Source: Octopus vulgaris (Eukaryota). From it: DNA of 64,000 nucleotides. Each line of letters starts with the position of its first letter. Position 1 is the stretch's first letter. The DNA is taken from assembly GCA_951406725.2 (NCBI GenBank), contig OX597814.1:187984001-188048000 (forward strand). Direction: 5' to 3'. The translations under genes and the position numbers were made by a program. Below are positions 40,552 to 54,136 of this stretch, in pieces. The notes under the pieces were generated by a model. The model worked only from the letters and a program-made list of their open reading frames with translations. It did no database searches and was not told the DNA's origin.

Positions 40552-40586
40552 GTTTCTGACGAAGAGTTCCGCTCGAAACGTAAAAC
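40552..40586 (+). ncRNA. Minimal type I hammerhead ribozyme motif
   Basis: GTTT-CTGACGA-A-GAG(TTCCG)CTC-GAAAC-GTA-AAAC; lies in element 40475-40688 flanked by (TA)n on both sides. Confidence 0.8.
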
Positions 40587-40683
40587 CCTCCTTCTTCCCT
40601 TCCTTCCTGAGCGTCCAATAATACTATATTTGTTCTACGTCCTCGCGTTGTTGTGTTTTATCTTGGTGCTTTCATGTTTGGAT

Positions 40684-40731
<48 letters not shown>

Positions 40732-40742
40732 AAAATACAATA

Positions 40743-40788
<46 letters not shown>

Positions 40789-40928
40789 GAGAGAGAGAGG
40801 GAGGGAGGGGGGAGAGAGAGAGGGAGGGAGGGAGGGAGAGAGAGAGATAAGAAAAGAAATGGAACAACAATTAACAATTAGAAGTTGATCATTGGTATTA
40901 AAAGGTATAGTTTAATTGTAGCTAAAAA

Positions 40929-41008
40929 CATTTACAGCTGTTTCAGTTTGTTATTTTTGAAGTAAATTTGCATTTATCTCGAACCATATAACAAACATCG
41001 TCAGAATG
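40929..41008 (-). ncRNA. Type I hammerhead ribozyme motif with long stem II
   Basis: Minus strand CATT-CTGACGA-T-GTTTGTTAT...ATAACAAAC-T-GAAAC-AGCT-GTA-AATG; palindromic stem III ACAGCTGT. Confidence 0.75.
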
Positions 41009-42239
41009 ATTTAGAGTTTATCGGAGGAATATAGACAGGAGAAAAAGGTAAAAGGAAAAGAAAAAGGAAAAATGTTCGTTAAGCGCTTAGGCTTATATTT
41101 TTGTGTCCTTCAAGGTTCCACGTGTGTCTACATTTCTTCAGTTAGATGAATGGAGCAATAAGTGGGGAAAATGTCTAGTTGACCGGCGATGTTAGTCGAA
41201 AGAGTTATACCTGTTAGTAATATCGGTGTCGTTAATTGTGATAAATAACGGTGTTTCCTCACACGTGATCAGCGGCTATCGTTCTTTTTTCCTCTCGCTT
41301 CACAAGAGATAAGACCTACTTTTGCTTGTCTCTTGTCATAGCTCCTTTCTCCAGCGTTCACCACTTCACCTCGTTATGGCTTAATAGCCCTCACCGTTTG
41401 TGTTTTACTGTTTTGTCCTTACTGTCTTGTTTTTTTGCTACCACTTTAACCCTCCGCAAAAATTCCAGATTTTATTTAATTTGCTTTGCGGGAAGGACTC
41501 TTTTAACGAAGTTACGTCTTGTCCCTACCATCGGAACGCGGAGTAGGTAAAACAGGGAGCTACTGATGAAGGGTTTGTCCCTTAATGTTGCCTGTCTCGT
41601 TTCTCTATTTGTTTCTTTCGTTGTCCCCCAAAAGTTCGTTTTCCATGTTTTTGTTTTTTTATGTTCTCGTCTTTCATTTTGTTAACATTTTTTGACGTCC
41701 TGTACCCATATATGCATGTATATATACATATATATGTAGGTTTGTACATATATGAATGTATATATGCATATATATATATTATTGGTTTATATATATATAT
41801 ATATATATATATACTCTTTACTCTTTCTCCTTTACTCTTTTACTCATTTGACTGCGGCCATGCTGGAGCACCGCCTTTAGTCGAAGAAATCGACCCCAGA
41901 ACTTATTCTTTGTACTTATTCTATCGTTCTCTTTTGCCGAACCGCTAAGTTACGGAAACGTGAACACATCAGCATCGATTGACAAGCGATGGTGGGGGAC
42001 AAACACAGACACACAAACATATACACACACACATACATACATATATTTATACATATATACGACGGGCTTCTTTCAGTTTCCATCTACAAAATACACTCAC
42101 AAGGCTTTGGTCTGCCCGAGGCTATAGTAGAAGACACTTTCCCAAAGTGCCACGCGGTGGGACTGAACCCGGAACCATGTGGTTGGTAAGCAAGCTACTT
42201 ACTACACAGCCACTCCTACGCCTATATATATATATATAT

Positions 42240-42317
<78 letters not shown>

Positions 42318-42688
42318 TATACACACACACACATAGATGCATAAATCTTATTCGCAATGAAGAGCTGCTTTTTCAGCTGCTCTATCCTCAAAGCACCAAA
42401 CTTAACACACCAACAGCTGGAAGACATTATATTTTCTTCTGCTTTTGCACAATGCCTAAATATTTGTAAATTTTTTATTGTAATTTTATTATAAATTTTC
42501 TTCAACAGCGATACATAAATGGAATTAGAAAATTAAGTGTTCGTGCATTTTGAAAGAAGTCTTTTATTGTGGCTTCCTTCCAAAACAGAGTCATCATGTG
42601 AGCGTTAATATGAAACTTGGGTCGTTGTTGGAAATAGAAAATTTTTTTAGGAAAACTATAGTAATAAACTTCGCATAAAATATATTGT

Positions 42689-42744
<56 letters not shown>

Positions 42745-44442
42745 ATATAATCAACTGAAGCGCAGAAGCAGAAATAATTTCGATGTTTCGTCATCCATGA
42801 TTCAGCTTTTTGTCAGATTTGCAGAAGAACACAAACAATCGAATTTGAAAATATGTGCTTGTTTATTTATTTACTTATACTGTATTATATTTCTGTGTTG
42901 GAATTGTCGTTGAGTAATATAATTGTTGATTACATGTTTCCAACAGGCCAGTCATTGGTTCTCTACAATCATGACGGTGAGAGTGACACTGGAAAGTACA
43001 ATATTGTGATAATCTCTCAAAAATGCACTAGGCTTTCGGTTTTCTCGCCGATGTCTACGTCCTCCGTCGATATGCGCTAACATCTATCCATCCAGGTTTT
43101 CACAGTTTATTATTTCTTTACTGCTCACAAGGGGCTACACACATAGAAGACAAATAAGGACAGACAAACGAAATACTTATTTCGTTACTACCCACAAGGG
43201 GCTAAACAAAGAGAGGACAAACAAGGACAGATACACGTATTAAGTCGATTACATCGACCCCAGTGCGTAACTGATACTTATTTAATCGACCCCGAAAGGA
43301 TGAAAGGCAAAGTCGACCTCGGCGGAATTTGAACTCAGAACGTAACGGCAAACGCAATGCTTATTTCTTTACTGCCCACAAGGGGCCAAACACAGAGGAG
43401 ACAAACAAGGACAAACAGACGGATTAAGTCGATTATATCGACCCTAGTGCATAACTGGTACTTAATTTATCGACCTCGAAAAGATGATAGGCAAAGTCGA
43501 CCTCGGCGGAATTTGAACAAAGAACGTAACGGCAGACGAAATACCTACTTCTTTACTACCCACAGAGAGGACAAACAAGGACAGACAAACGGATTAAGTT
43601 GATTACATCGACCCCAGTGCGTAACTGGTACTTAATTTATCGACCCCGAAAGGATGAAAGGCAAAGTCGACCTCGGCGGAATTTGAACTCAGAACGTAGC
43701 GGCAGACGAAATACGACTACGCATTTCGCCCGGCGTGCTAACGTTTCTGCCAGCTCGCCGCGTTTTCACAGTTTCTGTCCATCAAACCTAATTCATAATG
43801 CAAATTTGAGACCATAATTAAAGGCACTTATCCACATTCCCACAAAATCGGATCGATCTGAGAACCACGAGGTTGTGGAACAAATATTTTAACAACACGG
43901 CTATGTTTAATTTTTCTAACTGCTTCTGTATTGATTTAATGATTAAATTTCTTTAAGAATAAATTTCTTCTGGATACTTATTAATATTTTTCTCTAATTA
44001 AAACGTAAAATCATTTAAATTCCATTACTGATGTTTATATGTCTGGATAGAGCAATTTTAAGCTTGTTACGGCAAACAGTTTAAAATGGCTTCAAATTAA
44101 TTAATCTTATTTGAAGCAAATTACTAGAATTATTATAAAGTTAATCTAGCACCTTTTTACTTTAATATTTAAAAAAGAATCATGTTGAATACTGAATGTT
44201 GCTTTTATGAAATTAGCAGAAAGCACAAATCTACTTGGTTTCTCTAAGGAATTAAGAACTATATCAGTTTATTCTCGACATAATCTCCGCAGGCGTGGCT
44301 GTGTGGTAAGAAGTTTGCTTCGCAACTAAGTGGTCTTGGGTTCAGTTCCGCTACACGGCACCTTGAGCAAGTGTCTTCCACTGTAGCACCGGGCCGTTCC
44401 AAGAGTGGATTTGGTAATAGAAACTGAAAGAAGCCCGTCGTA

Positions 44443-44521
<79 letters not shown>

Positions 44522-47333
44522 ATGTATGTAACAAACCATTCCACGAAAAGTGATCACGCACTTCCTCGGCTCCCGGAGACAACCACGAAATTTATAGCTG
44601 CTGGTTGACGATATACATATATTAAGAATTTGTATCATATTACTACAGGATTTACATTAAGTTCTAATGATTTACAAAGCATTTTAATTACTTTTATTTA
44701 TTTGAAAATTAACGAAGCAGCAACCACCAAGGAAAATGAAAGAAAAAAATATAAGTAAAACAAATTTTCCATATATCTCAATTTGATGATTTTTTTTTAT
44801 TGGTGGAAAAAAGTTTATTTTTATTTGGGCACACTACATTTTAATAACGAGTCCAATCAACGCCTTAGAGACCAAGAGACGGCAATTTTTCAATTTTTAT
44901 AATGAAGTGGAGTGGCTGTGTGGTAAGTAGATTGCTTACGAACCACATAGTTCCGGGTTCAGTCCCATTGCGTGGCACCTTGGGCAAGTGTTTTCTACTC
45001 AAGCCTCGGGCCGACCAAAGCCTTGTGAGTGGATTTGGTAGACGGAAACTGAAAGAAGCTCGTCGTATATATGTATATATATATGTGTGTGTATATGTTT
45101 GTATGTCTGTGTTTGTCTCCCCAACATCGCTTGACAACCGATGCTGGCGTGTTTATGTCCCCTGTATTATAGCAGTTCGGCAAAAGAGATCGATAGAATA
45201 AGTGCTAGGCTTACAAAGAATAAGTCCTGGGGTCGATTTGCCCGACTAAAGGCGGTGCTCCAGCATGGCCGCAGTCAAATGACTGAAACAAGTAAAAGAG
45301 TAGAAGAGTGTTTCAAATTGACTGCCATACTTGGTTTAAAATTTAAGTCGTGTAAGATATGTTATAGTACTGCAAGAGAACATAATACATTCACCCCACC
45401 CCTACACGCGCGCACACACACACGTAACCTTCGGCAATGCACAGCTCGAAACCACTTCCTTTTATTAAATAATTTTAAATGAGAACTATTTTTTGTTGAG
45501 TAATTCTTATTTTTACCTTTCCAGGTCGCATTAGTATTTTAATTGCATTTTACCAGCATCATTTCATCATTTACTGATGTAATCCATGGATCTCGAATAC
45601 GTCATGTTGACTCTTAAACAAATACATGGTTTACCCCTAAATTTAACTATTTACCTATTTCTTTACTACCCACAAGGGGCTAAACACAGAGGCGACAAAC
45701 AAGGACAGACATAGGTATTAAGTCGATTACATTGACCCCAGTGCGTAACTGGTACTTATTTAATCGACCCCGAAAGGATGAAAGGCAAAGTCGACCTCGG
45801 CGGAATTTGAACTCAGAACGTAACGGCAGACGAAATACTGCTACGCATTTCGCCCGGCGTGCTAACGATTCTACCAGCTCGCCGCCTTAACTTAATTTAA
45901 CTATTTACCTCAGTATGAAACAACGAGGAAGCCTCTAAGACCTTCGACTTGTTAGAAGTAACTGCAAAAATTTCTTCAAACAATACCATACCTTTTTAAA
46001 AAGGAAACGTCACATTGAACAATATAGTTCGAGATCTGTTACAAGAATGGTGTGCCGATCATAACTGAAATGTTTTTGATTATAAGGCTAGTCCACAAGA
46101 AACAACTCTGGATCACACAACAACAACTTACCTCAATGTAGCACTGGTGCAGAATTTAAAGAATACCGGAAGCTTAAATGGCTACATCACTCCAACATCA
46201 CTCAAATTTATCACGGAATCACCAGCAAATTTTCTGTTCAGAAGAGCTTCTTAGAGGTTCCATCCAAAGTAGGCTACATGATGATCTCTATTTTGTTGCA
46301 GATGCAGTGATGAGATTTTCGGTTGGTATTGATTAGTCTGAGATGTTAGTATGTGATTGATTAGGCTCTTAATCTATAGAAGATTAATGTCTTTTGTTTG
46401 CACAACACTTGGTAGAACATAATTTGATTGGACTTTCTGTAGATCTTTTCATATGTATCATTTATGATTACTGAGATGCTTCGCAAGGAAGGTGCAGTCA
46501 ACCTATATGCTTTTTAGCCAATAGCTGTTTATCAAAGGAAATATATTTGCCATCTCCAAAACTGAAGTAAGTTATTTAAATCATGATTTATGTTAAGCTC
46601 GGTTTAATATTTATAAAGATGTTCAATCTAGTAAGAATACCAATCAGTTAAAATTAAATATCCCTTGCGTTTAATTTAGGGATGAAAGTATTGAATTTTG
46701 TACTCCACTACCAAAAAAAGAAATACAAAAACGTGGCAGATATTATAACAGAACAGCAGTATATTGCTTGAAAAAAATATGAAAAGTGAGGTAGATCTCA
46801 GCGGAATTTGAACTTAGAAAGGAACGTAACGGATTACCACAAAGACTTTAACCCTCTAATTTAACGTTTCTGCCAGTTTCCGCTTCTATCGTCAGAAATG
46901 CTCATCTACACTCTTATATATTCATATTCTAAATTAAATTAATCTTCTAATTTAACGCTACAGATTCGTGTTTTAAATTAAACCCAGAAACTACCTCAAG
47001 TGAATCCCTTCAGAAACGTTTTAAGCCAATTTTTTTGCTGACATTTAAATGACTTAATCTTTGCTTACTTTTGCAGGAGGGCTGAAAGTGAAACTGGCTC
47101 CGATTTCGTTGTCTCCTCGAGATAGTTGGACGAATCTAAACTCAATGTAGTGTAGTTTCAATTTAAAAATTCAGATGCACATTCATAATCCTATGAATGA
47201 AAATCAGTAAGAATTCTTCTACAGTTTATGTTTCATATTTCGCAGAGATGCGGTTTATACATTTTTCTGTCACCTGGAAAAAATTGTCCTTTAAAAAGAC
47301 TTAAGGAACAAAAGAAAAATGGAAACATACAAA

Positions 47334-47398
<65 letters not shown>

Positions 47399-48871
47399 GG
47401 AACGAGATAACGAGTAGGGTGGTCACTCTCGCCCGGCAATGGGCCGAGAGGAAACTGTCCCTAAAAGGTCGGGCGGAGGTGGCGAACACGTACATCGCGT
47501 CCATCATCTACTACCGCCTGACCGTCGTACCTTGTCCCGACCCTACCATCACCAAACTAGAACGCATTCTCTTCCGCTTCTTGTGGAAAGGATGCGTCCC
47601 GATGGTCAGGTGATCCATTTGCTGTCAACACCCGTTAAAAGGAGGGTTGGGCATGCCGTGGTTGATGATGCGCAGACACGCGCTGAGACTGCGACATCTC
47701 CAGCTCTATGTAGACGACGGTGAACAGGTGTGGTCGCCGTTTGTGAGGCACGCTTTTCCGCAGCTCGTCTCCATGACAGAACTGCAGTCGTGGATCAAAA
47801 AGAGGCCGAGGAAGGGCGAATGGTACCGCGAGTGTCGCGTTGCTCTCAAGTAACTATGCCGTCCCGGGTCGACCTTGAGTGACTTCAACACAAAAAGCAT
47901 TCTATAGGGGATTAGTGGAGGGGAGGTACGACGACGATTTTGGGGCGAACCTGGACGTCGACGAGGAATACCGGACCCGCCTGTTTGAGACGACTTTCGG
48001 GCCGGGACCTATGGACAACTTCCAGAGATCCCTGGCCTGGCAGGGCTGCCGAGAAGCGCTACCCGTTCGGGATAAGCTCTATAGGCATGGCTCGAGAAAC
48101 TCGAGGCCGACCTGCCAGAGATGCGGTCAGAGCGACGAAACCGTTCTGCACGCAATCGCGCAGTATCCAACAATCTCTGACCTGTGGGCTTATGTCGAAC
48201 GACTGCTGTCACGTGTGGGACGAGTCGGTTTATCAGCTGAGTCTATCGTTAATATCGTCACGCCTCCTTCCTTCAAACGGGAAGGAAGAGCTATTTTTAT
48301 CATACTTGTGGCTATGGCGAAAGAATGTATCTGTTGGACACGCCTGAAAGGATTAGAGACAAACACTTTCCTTTCTGGTCAATCTCTCATCAACTTCTTC
48401 AAGTATCACTTGAAAAGGAAAGTGAGAGTAGAGAGGCAAGTTTTGTCTAGTGAATGTTTAAAAAAAAGATGGGTGAATGTAGCAAGGATGGCACGTATGA
48501 ATGGCGAAGCCACCTTGACTATGATCCTATGAACCGAAAAAATTAATACAGAGAGTTGCTTATTTGTAAAAAAATATAACATGTGACTTCATTGACCGAG
48601 GTTACCGTGGTCTTTTCCGTTGGCTTTTCTTTCCACGGGTAAACCTCACCTGTCCTCCCCTTTACACTTTAAATTGACATTTCTGTGACAACGACCTCTA
48701 TTGATCGATTTTTTCTTTTTCTTTTTTTTTTCTTTTGCTTTTCTCTTTCTTTCCATTTACGATCCCTTTTGATCGAAAACCAACCCACCTTTTTTTTTTA
48801 TCTCCAAATAGAAAAGCTCTACCTTGTAATTTGTCCCGTCTGTGTGCAGCCCTGTGTGGCTAATAAAGAAA
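47399..48871 (+). mobile_element. 5'-truncated Tx1/L1-clade LINE (RT C-terminus, CCHC-type zinc knuckle, 3' UTR) inserted in (TCTA)n
   Basis: W..RKLSLKGRA...GGLGMP...ALPVRDKL...CQRCGQSDETVLH motifs; stops at 47611 and 47851 plus a frameshift; (TCTA)n-type repeats on both sides. Confidence 0.9.
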
Positions 48872-48906
48872 CATCTCTCTCTATATATATCTCTCTATCT
48901 ATCTAC

Positions 48907-48980
<74 letters not shown>

Positions 48981-49500
48981 GCCTGTATAACTGCGCGTTC
49001 ACACTCAATTTAAATCGAATAAAGAGAAGTTGGCACAAAGCAGGTACAAGTTGGGACAACTATAGTAAAATAGTGACACAGTAATTATTTAATGCAGCTA
49101 CATTTTCGATAAAGTGTTGGAATGATGCAGTCAAAATACTAGCATAATAATCTTTTCTGCTCTAGGCACAAGACCCGAAATTTTGGGGGAAGGGCCAGTC
49201 GATTAGATCGACTTCAGTAAGCAACTGGTACTTAATTTATCGTCTCCAAAAGGATGAAAGGCAAAGTCAACCTCGGCGGAATTTGAATTCAGAACATGAC
49301 AGCAGACAAAATACCTATTTTTTTACGATTTTTTGACTGCTGTGTCGCTAATTTTCGGTGTATTTCAACCAGAAAAATGTTCACTTAAAGAGAATAACAA
49401 GCAAAATTTTTACGTTTCAAAAATTCCAATTCCAAAGGGTCGAAACCCCCCCCCCCGAGCAACGCCGGGCTACACTGATAGTATATATATATATATATAT

Positions 49501-50036
49501 ATGCGTATAATAAGAGATGACCACTAAGTGGACATCCAATATGCTAGAAGAAGATCATCTACGATCTAACCACAAAGAAAAGAATGTTTTCTAGAGAAAT
49601 TCAGCAAACACCAGAACATAAGCGAGTAAGTCAAAATACATAATTAATCGTAGAATTTATGAGGACAACTCGTGTATAGTTCTGTAAATTATATTGAATT
49701 GGAGCGATCGTACTGAAGAGTCCACGGACGATGATTATGTAAGTAAAATCGTTAATGACGAAATCGGTCTACGATTAATTCTGTATTTTGCATATTTTCA
49801 TCTATCTTACCCGCTTATGTTCTGGTGTTTGCTGAATTTCTCGAGAGAACATTCTTTTCTTTGTGGTTAGATCGTAGGTGATCTTCTTCTAGCATACTGT
49901 ATGTCCACTTAGTGGTCATCATTATTATACGCATGTATTACAATTTTTCTGAATTTTAAGATTTTTCTATATGCTAGGCTACTGGTTTTAAATTGATGTT
50001 AATTAAATTAATATTCAATTTACCACCCTCATTATT

Positions 50037-50040
<4 letters not shown>
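49501..50040 (+). mobile_element. Fold-back element with hammerhead in its loop, embedded in (TA)n
   Basis: Arms 49501-49654 and 49768-49934; tail ending tttaccaccctc resembles the tails of the 24.4 and 27.5 kb fold-backs. Confidence 0.8.
49707..49775 (+). ncRNA. Type I hammerhead ribozyme motif
   Basis: ATCGTA-CTGAAGA-GTC...GAC-GAAA-TCG-GTC-TACGAT; 6-bp perfect stem I; GUC cleavage triplet ending at 49769. Confidence 0.8.
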
Positions 50041-50073
<33 letters not shown>

Positions 50074-50167
50074 ATAAGCATAACAAATGCGCAACCGGTA
50101 AAAAGAACTTTCACCTAATTAAATTACTTAAATTACTTCAATTATTTGTCAGCATTTTCTTCATTTC

Positions 50168-50608
<441 letters not shown>

Positions 50609-52591
50609 ATCACGGTGATATATATATATATATCGCCCAGAAGGAAGACCAAAAGTTATCGAAACACAATGACCTCGAAATTAAAATAGGAGTAAAAATA
50701 GCCTTGGTGATAAATTGGTGTACTGGGTACGGTAAAAAAAAGTACGTGTAAACAACAACAACAACAACCTTAAACGTTTTACCAAGACTCAGAATTTTAG
50801 ATAAATATGTAGTCATCAAATATGTAGTTACTGCAGCATATATTCTACGCAAGATACTATTAAATAAATAGTACAACTTATGCAATCATCTGATAAAATC
50901 TTTCACTACAACCAACAAAAATACAACAAAACTAATCCTCACAACACAGCAAGCTGCATCTAATATTTTTCAACTCGTGGCAATGAGGTGGTGTGGACGG
51001 GTGAGACGCCTATATGGTAGGTCGACCTGCAAGAAATACAACAAAATTTTCCTCAGATCATACCCTACCGTCTGAGATAATAGGAAGACATATTAGATAC
51101 TGTAATTTTGCTCACCCTTAAAAGAGGGGTTGATTTTAGTTGAATTTCTTCTGATCGTTAGTCATAAGCTGTCACGAGATTAGATAAACATGGATGGAAG
51201 CACTCCATCGTTTACGACGATGAGGGTTCCGGTTGATCCGAATCAACGGAACAGCCTGCTCGTGAAATTAACGTGTAAGTGGCTGAGCACTCCACAGACA
51301 CGTGCACCTTTAACGTAGTTCTCGGGGATATTCAGCGTGACACAGAGAGTGACAACAGAAACAGGAAGTAAGAGAAAGTTGTGGTGAAAGAGTACAGCAG
51401 GGATCACCACCATCCCCTGCCGGAGCCTCGTGGGGCTTTTTTTTAGGTGTTTTCGCTCAATAAACACTCACAACGCCCGGTCTGGGAATCGAAACCGCGA
51501 TCCTATGACCGCGAGTCCGCTGCCCTAACCACTGGGCCATTGCGTCTCCACTAATTAAGGCTACGCAGCCATTCAAACGAATTCCTTCCACGAAACATCC
51601 TTATCTTCTAACAATCGTTGACAAATACTCTTGGTTTCCGTTTTATTATCCAGTATCTGACACATCAGACTATGATTGGAAATTAGTTTCTTTGAACCAG
51701 GAATTACTGGTCATACATAACAGTGGGTGACTTGTTAATTGGCAGTAAACAAACACGGAGTAATAATAAATAAAGCAACAACAACAACAACAACAACTTT
51801 CCTCTTTCATAAAACAATACTATAAAACCTCCGGGAACGCATTGTTGTTGCCGTTGCTGTTTAGCTATAGATCTGCCTTGATCGAGGAGGCCTATGATCA
51901 AAGGCATTTTAGCCGTGGTCATCTCATGTTATCATTTTTGTATGTGCCAGTAAACCAGGTTCACATGTAATGTATCTTTTTCTAAAAAGATAGAGGTATG
52001 ATCTGAGGAAAAAATTGGCTGCTATTTCCAGTAGATCGAACGACCACGAAGAGAGTTCTTCATTGACTCGACATACGGCGATCTAATAGTGCATTCATAA
52101 TCTCGAATGAATCTATTGAAAGCACATAATTATAATGATAATCCTGGTTTCTAATATAGGCACACTGGTACATATTTTTAGGAGACAAAATTATTTCTGT
52201 ACCAAAAATAAGACATGCGCGCGTACACACACACACACACACAGAAAAATTTGTGTATGCATGTATCTATCTGTGTACAGGTATTGTTTGCTTACTGTCA
52301 ACAAGCATCTGAATTCTTCAGTGGTAACTAGTTTGTGATCGACGTATTTTATTCTGCAAAATACAATACTATTTTTCCCTTGAATTTATGATTTCAAAGC
52401 AAGGTAAGAAATTCTTCATATTTTGCATCTTTGGCATTTTGACTTTACAGTTTGAATTGTAGAATTGTCTATCCAATCGAAATATTGCAATAGCTAACAG
52501 TAAAATATAGAATTAAAAAACGCTTTTTCGACTGTTTTCACGTCTTCGAGAACTTTCACGTCTGTTTTTCAAAAATATATAATTTGAAATA

Positions 52592-53152
52592 TTGGATTGT
52601 TCGGAAAGTTCGTACTGAATTTTAAAGGAAAGAAAAAGGTCAATAAATACTTGCCATCACATTTTTAAACAACCAAATATGAACCATTTTGTTGCACAAT
52701 GCGTCTCCATCTTTCCTTTAACTTGAAAATACCCTCTTCCCAGAATTGAGGTGGTTTCATGGCAAAGAATTCATCAAGGTATCTTTTTGCGTCATCCAAG
52801 GAATTGAAATTTTTACCATTAAGACTATTCTGTAGAGACCTGAATAAGTGGAAATCCGAAGGAGCAATATCTGGTGAATATCTGGGGTAACACATCCAAG
52901 CCGAGTTGCAGCAATTTTTGCCTGGTTCCCAAAGCATCAAGTGCCGAAAATGAACTTTCTTATCTTCCATTTTAAAGGGTTACAGAATTAATACAGGTTA
53001 TAGGAACATAAACCTTCTTCCACGAAAAGATAGCTTAAGCTGTGCTCTAAATGGAGGTGTAGTCAAATCCTATTTTATAGACTCAACCATGTTCTAAAAT
53101 AAGTCGAAACTTAAGCTACTATAAATCTGCACGAACTTTCCGGACAACCCAA
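52592..53152 (-). mobile_element. Internally deleted mariner (mellifera-like) transposon
   Basis: TIRs ttgg(a/g)ttgt(t/c)cggaaagttcgt with TA flanks; fused transposase ends MEDKKVHFRHLML...YSPDIAPSDFHLFRSLQNSL. Confidence 0.92.
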
Positions 53153-53664
53153 TAGTTTGCTTTTGTTTTGGACTGAAAATGTTTTGTAATCTTATGTTCT
53201 TGAATAAACTTCTTCGCATACAAAAGCTGAGACAACTATACTTCACAGTTGTTATTTTGAAATGCTTATCTTCTGATATTTGTGAGTCCATCGAATTTAT
53301 ATTCAACCCTATTAAATGTTGGTCTTCCTAGACATGAAATTATTCTATAGTTCCAGCCCTAAATAAATTTAACTTGTACTTTTAAAGATGTTCTTTAGGA
53401 TAACAAGAAATATTGAACTTCAGATAGAATAAAGTAAAATATAGCTATGAATAAAAGGTGCGTAGATTATGAATTTTGATTGAAGAGATGGGGCCTCGAA
53501 ACAATAAGTTGCAGGGGGCCTCTAAAAGTCATGCGACGGCCCTGGGTAGTCATGATGGGTATACTGGGCTTCATGTATTCGTCCCCTAGTGTCGTTCAGC
53601 TGGCATGCGCTGCTCTCTCTCTCATTCAATAATGATAATAATAATAATAATGATGATGATGATG

Positions 53665-53728
<64 letters not shown>

Positions 53729-54136
53729 TGACCATCATCATCATCATCAACATCGATTATTATCATCATCAACATTACAAGAACGTCAGCTTATGTTTAA
53801 AATCAAAACAGTTTTATTTGTACCAAGTCTATCGTGAAGATCAATCCATTGCTTTCCTTTGGGTAGCCTTCTTCTGCCTGCTAACTATGCTGAGGAAAGC
53901 TGTGTGATGGTCACCGTTGAAACGGGCCTACTCTAATAATGCAGCCATACAGGGAGAAGTCACTTGTGTTTGTTGTATATGGGTTATTAGGGTATCTCGA
54001 TCGCACTATTTCAGTTTAGGGATCCTTTCTTGCAAATATGTTGCTTTGTTTTGTTATTTCTACTTTTTGTTTTTATTGTTATTGTTGACTTCAACATTCC
54101 CCTTGATAAAAATCCCACTGTTCCTTGTTTTCTTCT

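Noticed and set aside
42770-42830. Hammerhead-like words on - (ctgacaa...gaaacatc), and similarly ctgatgaag at about 18428
   Set aside because: Core mismatches and no convincing stems I and II
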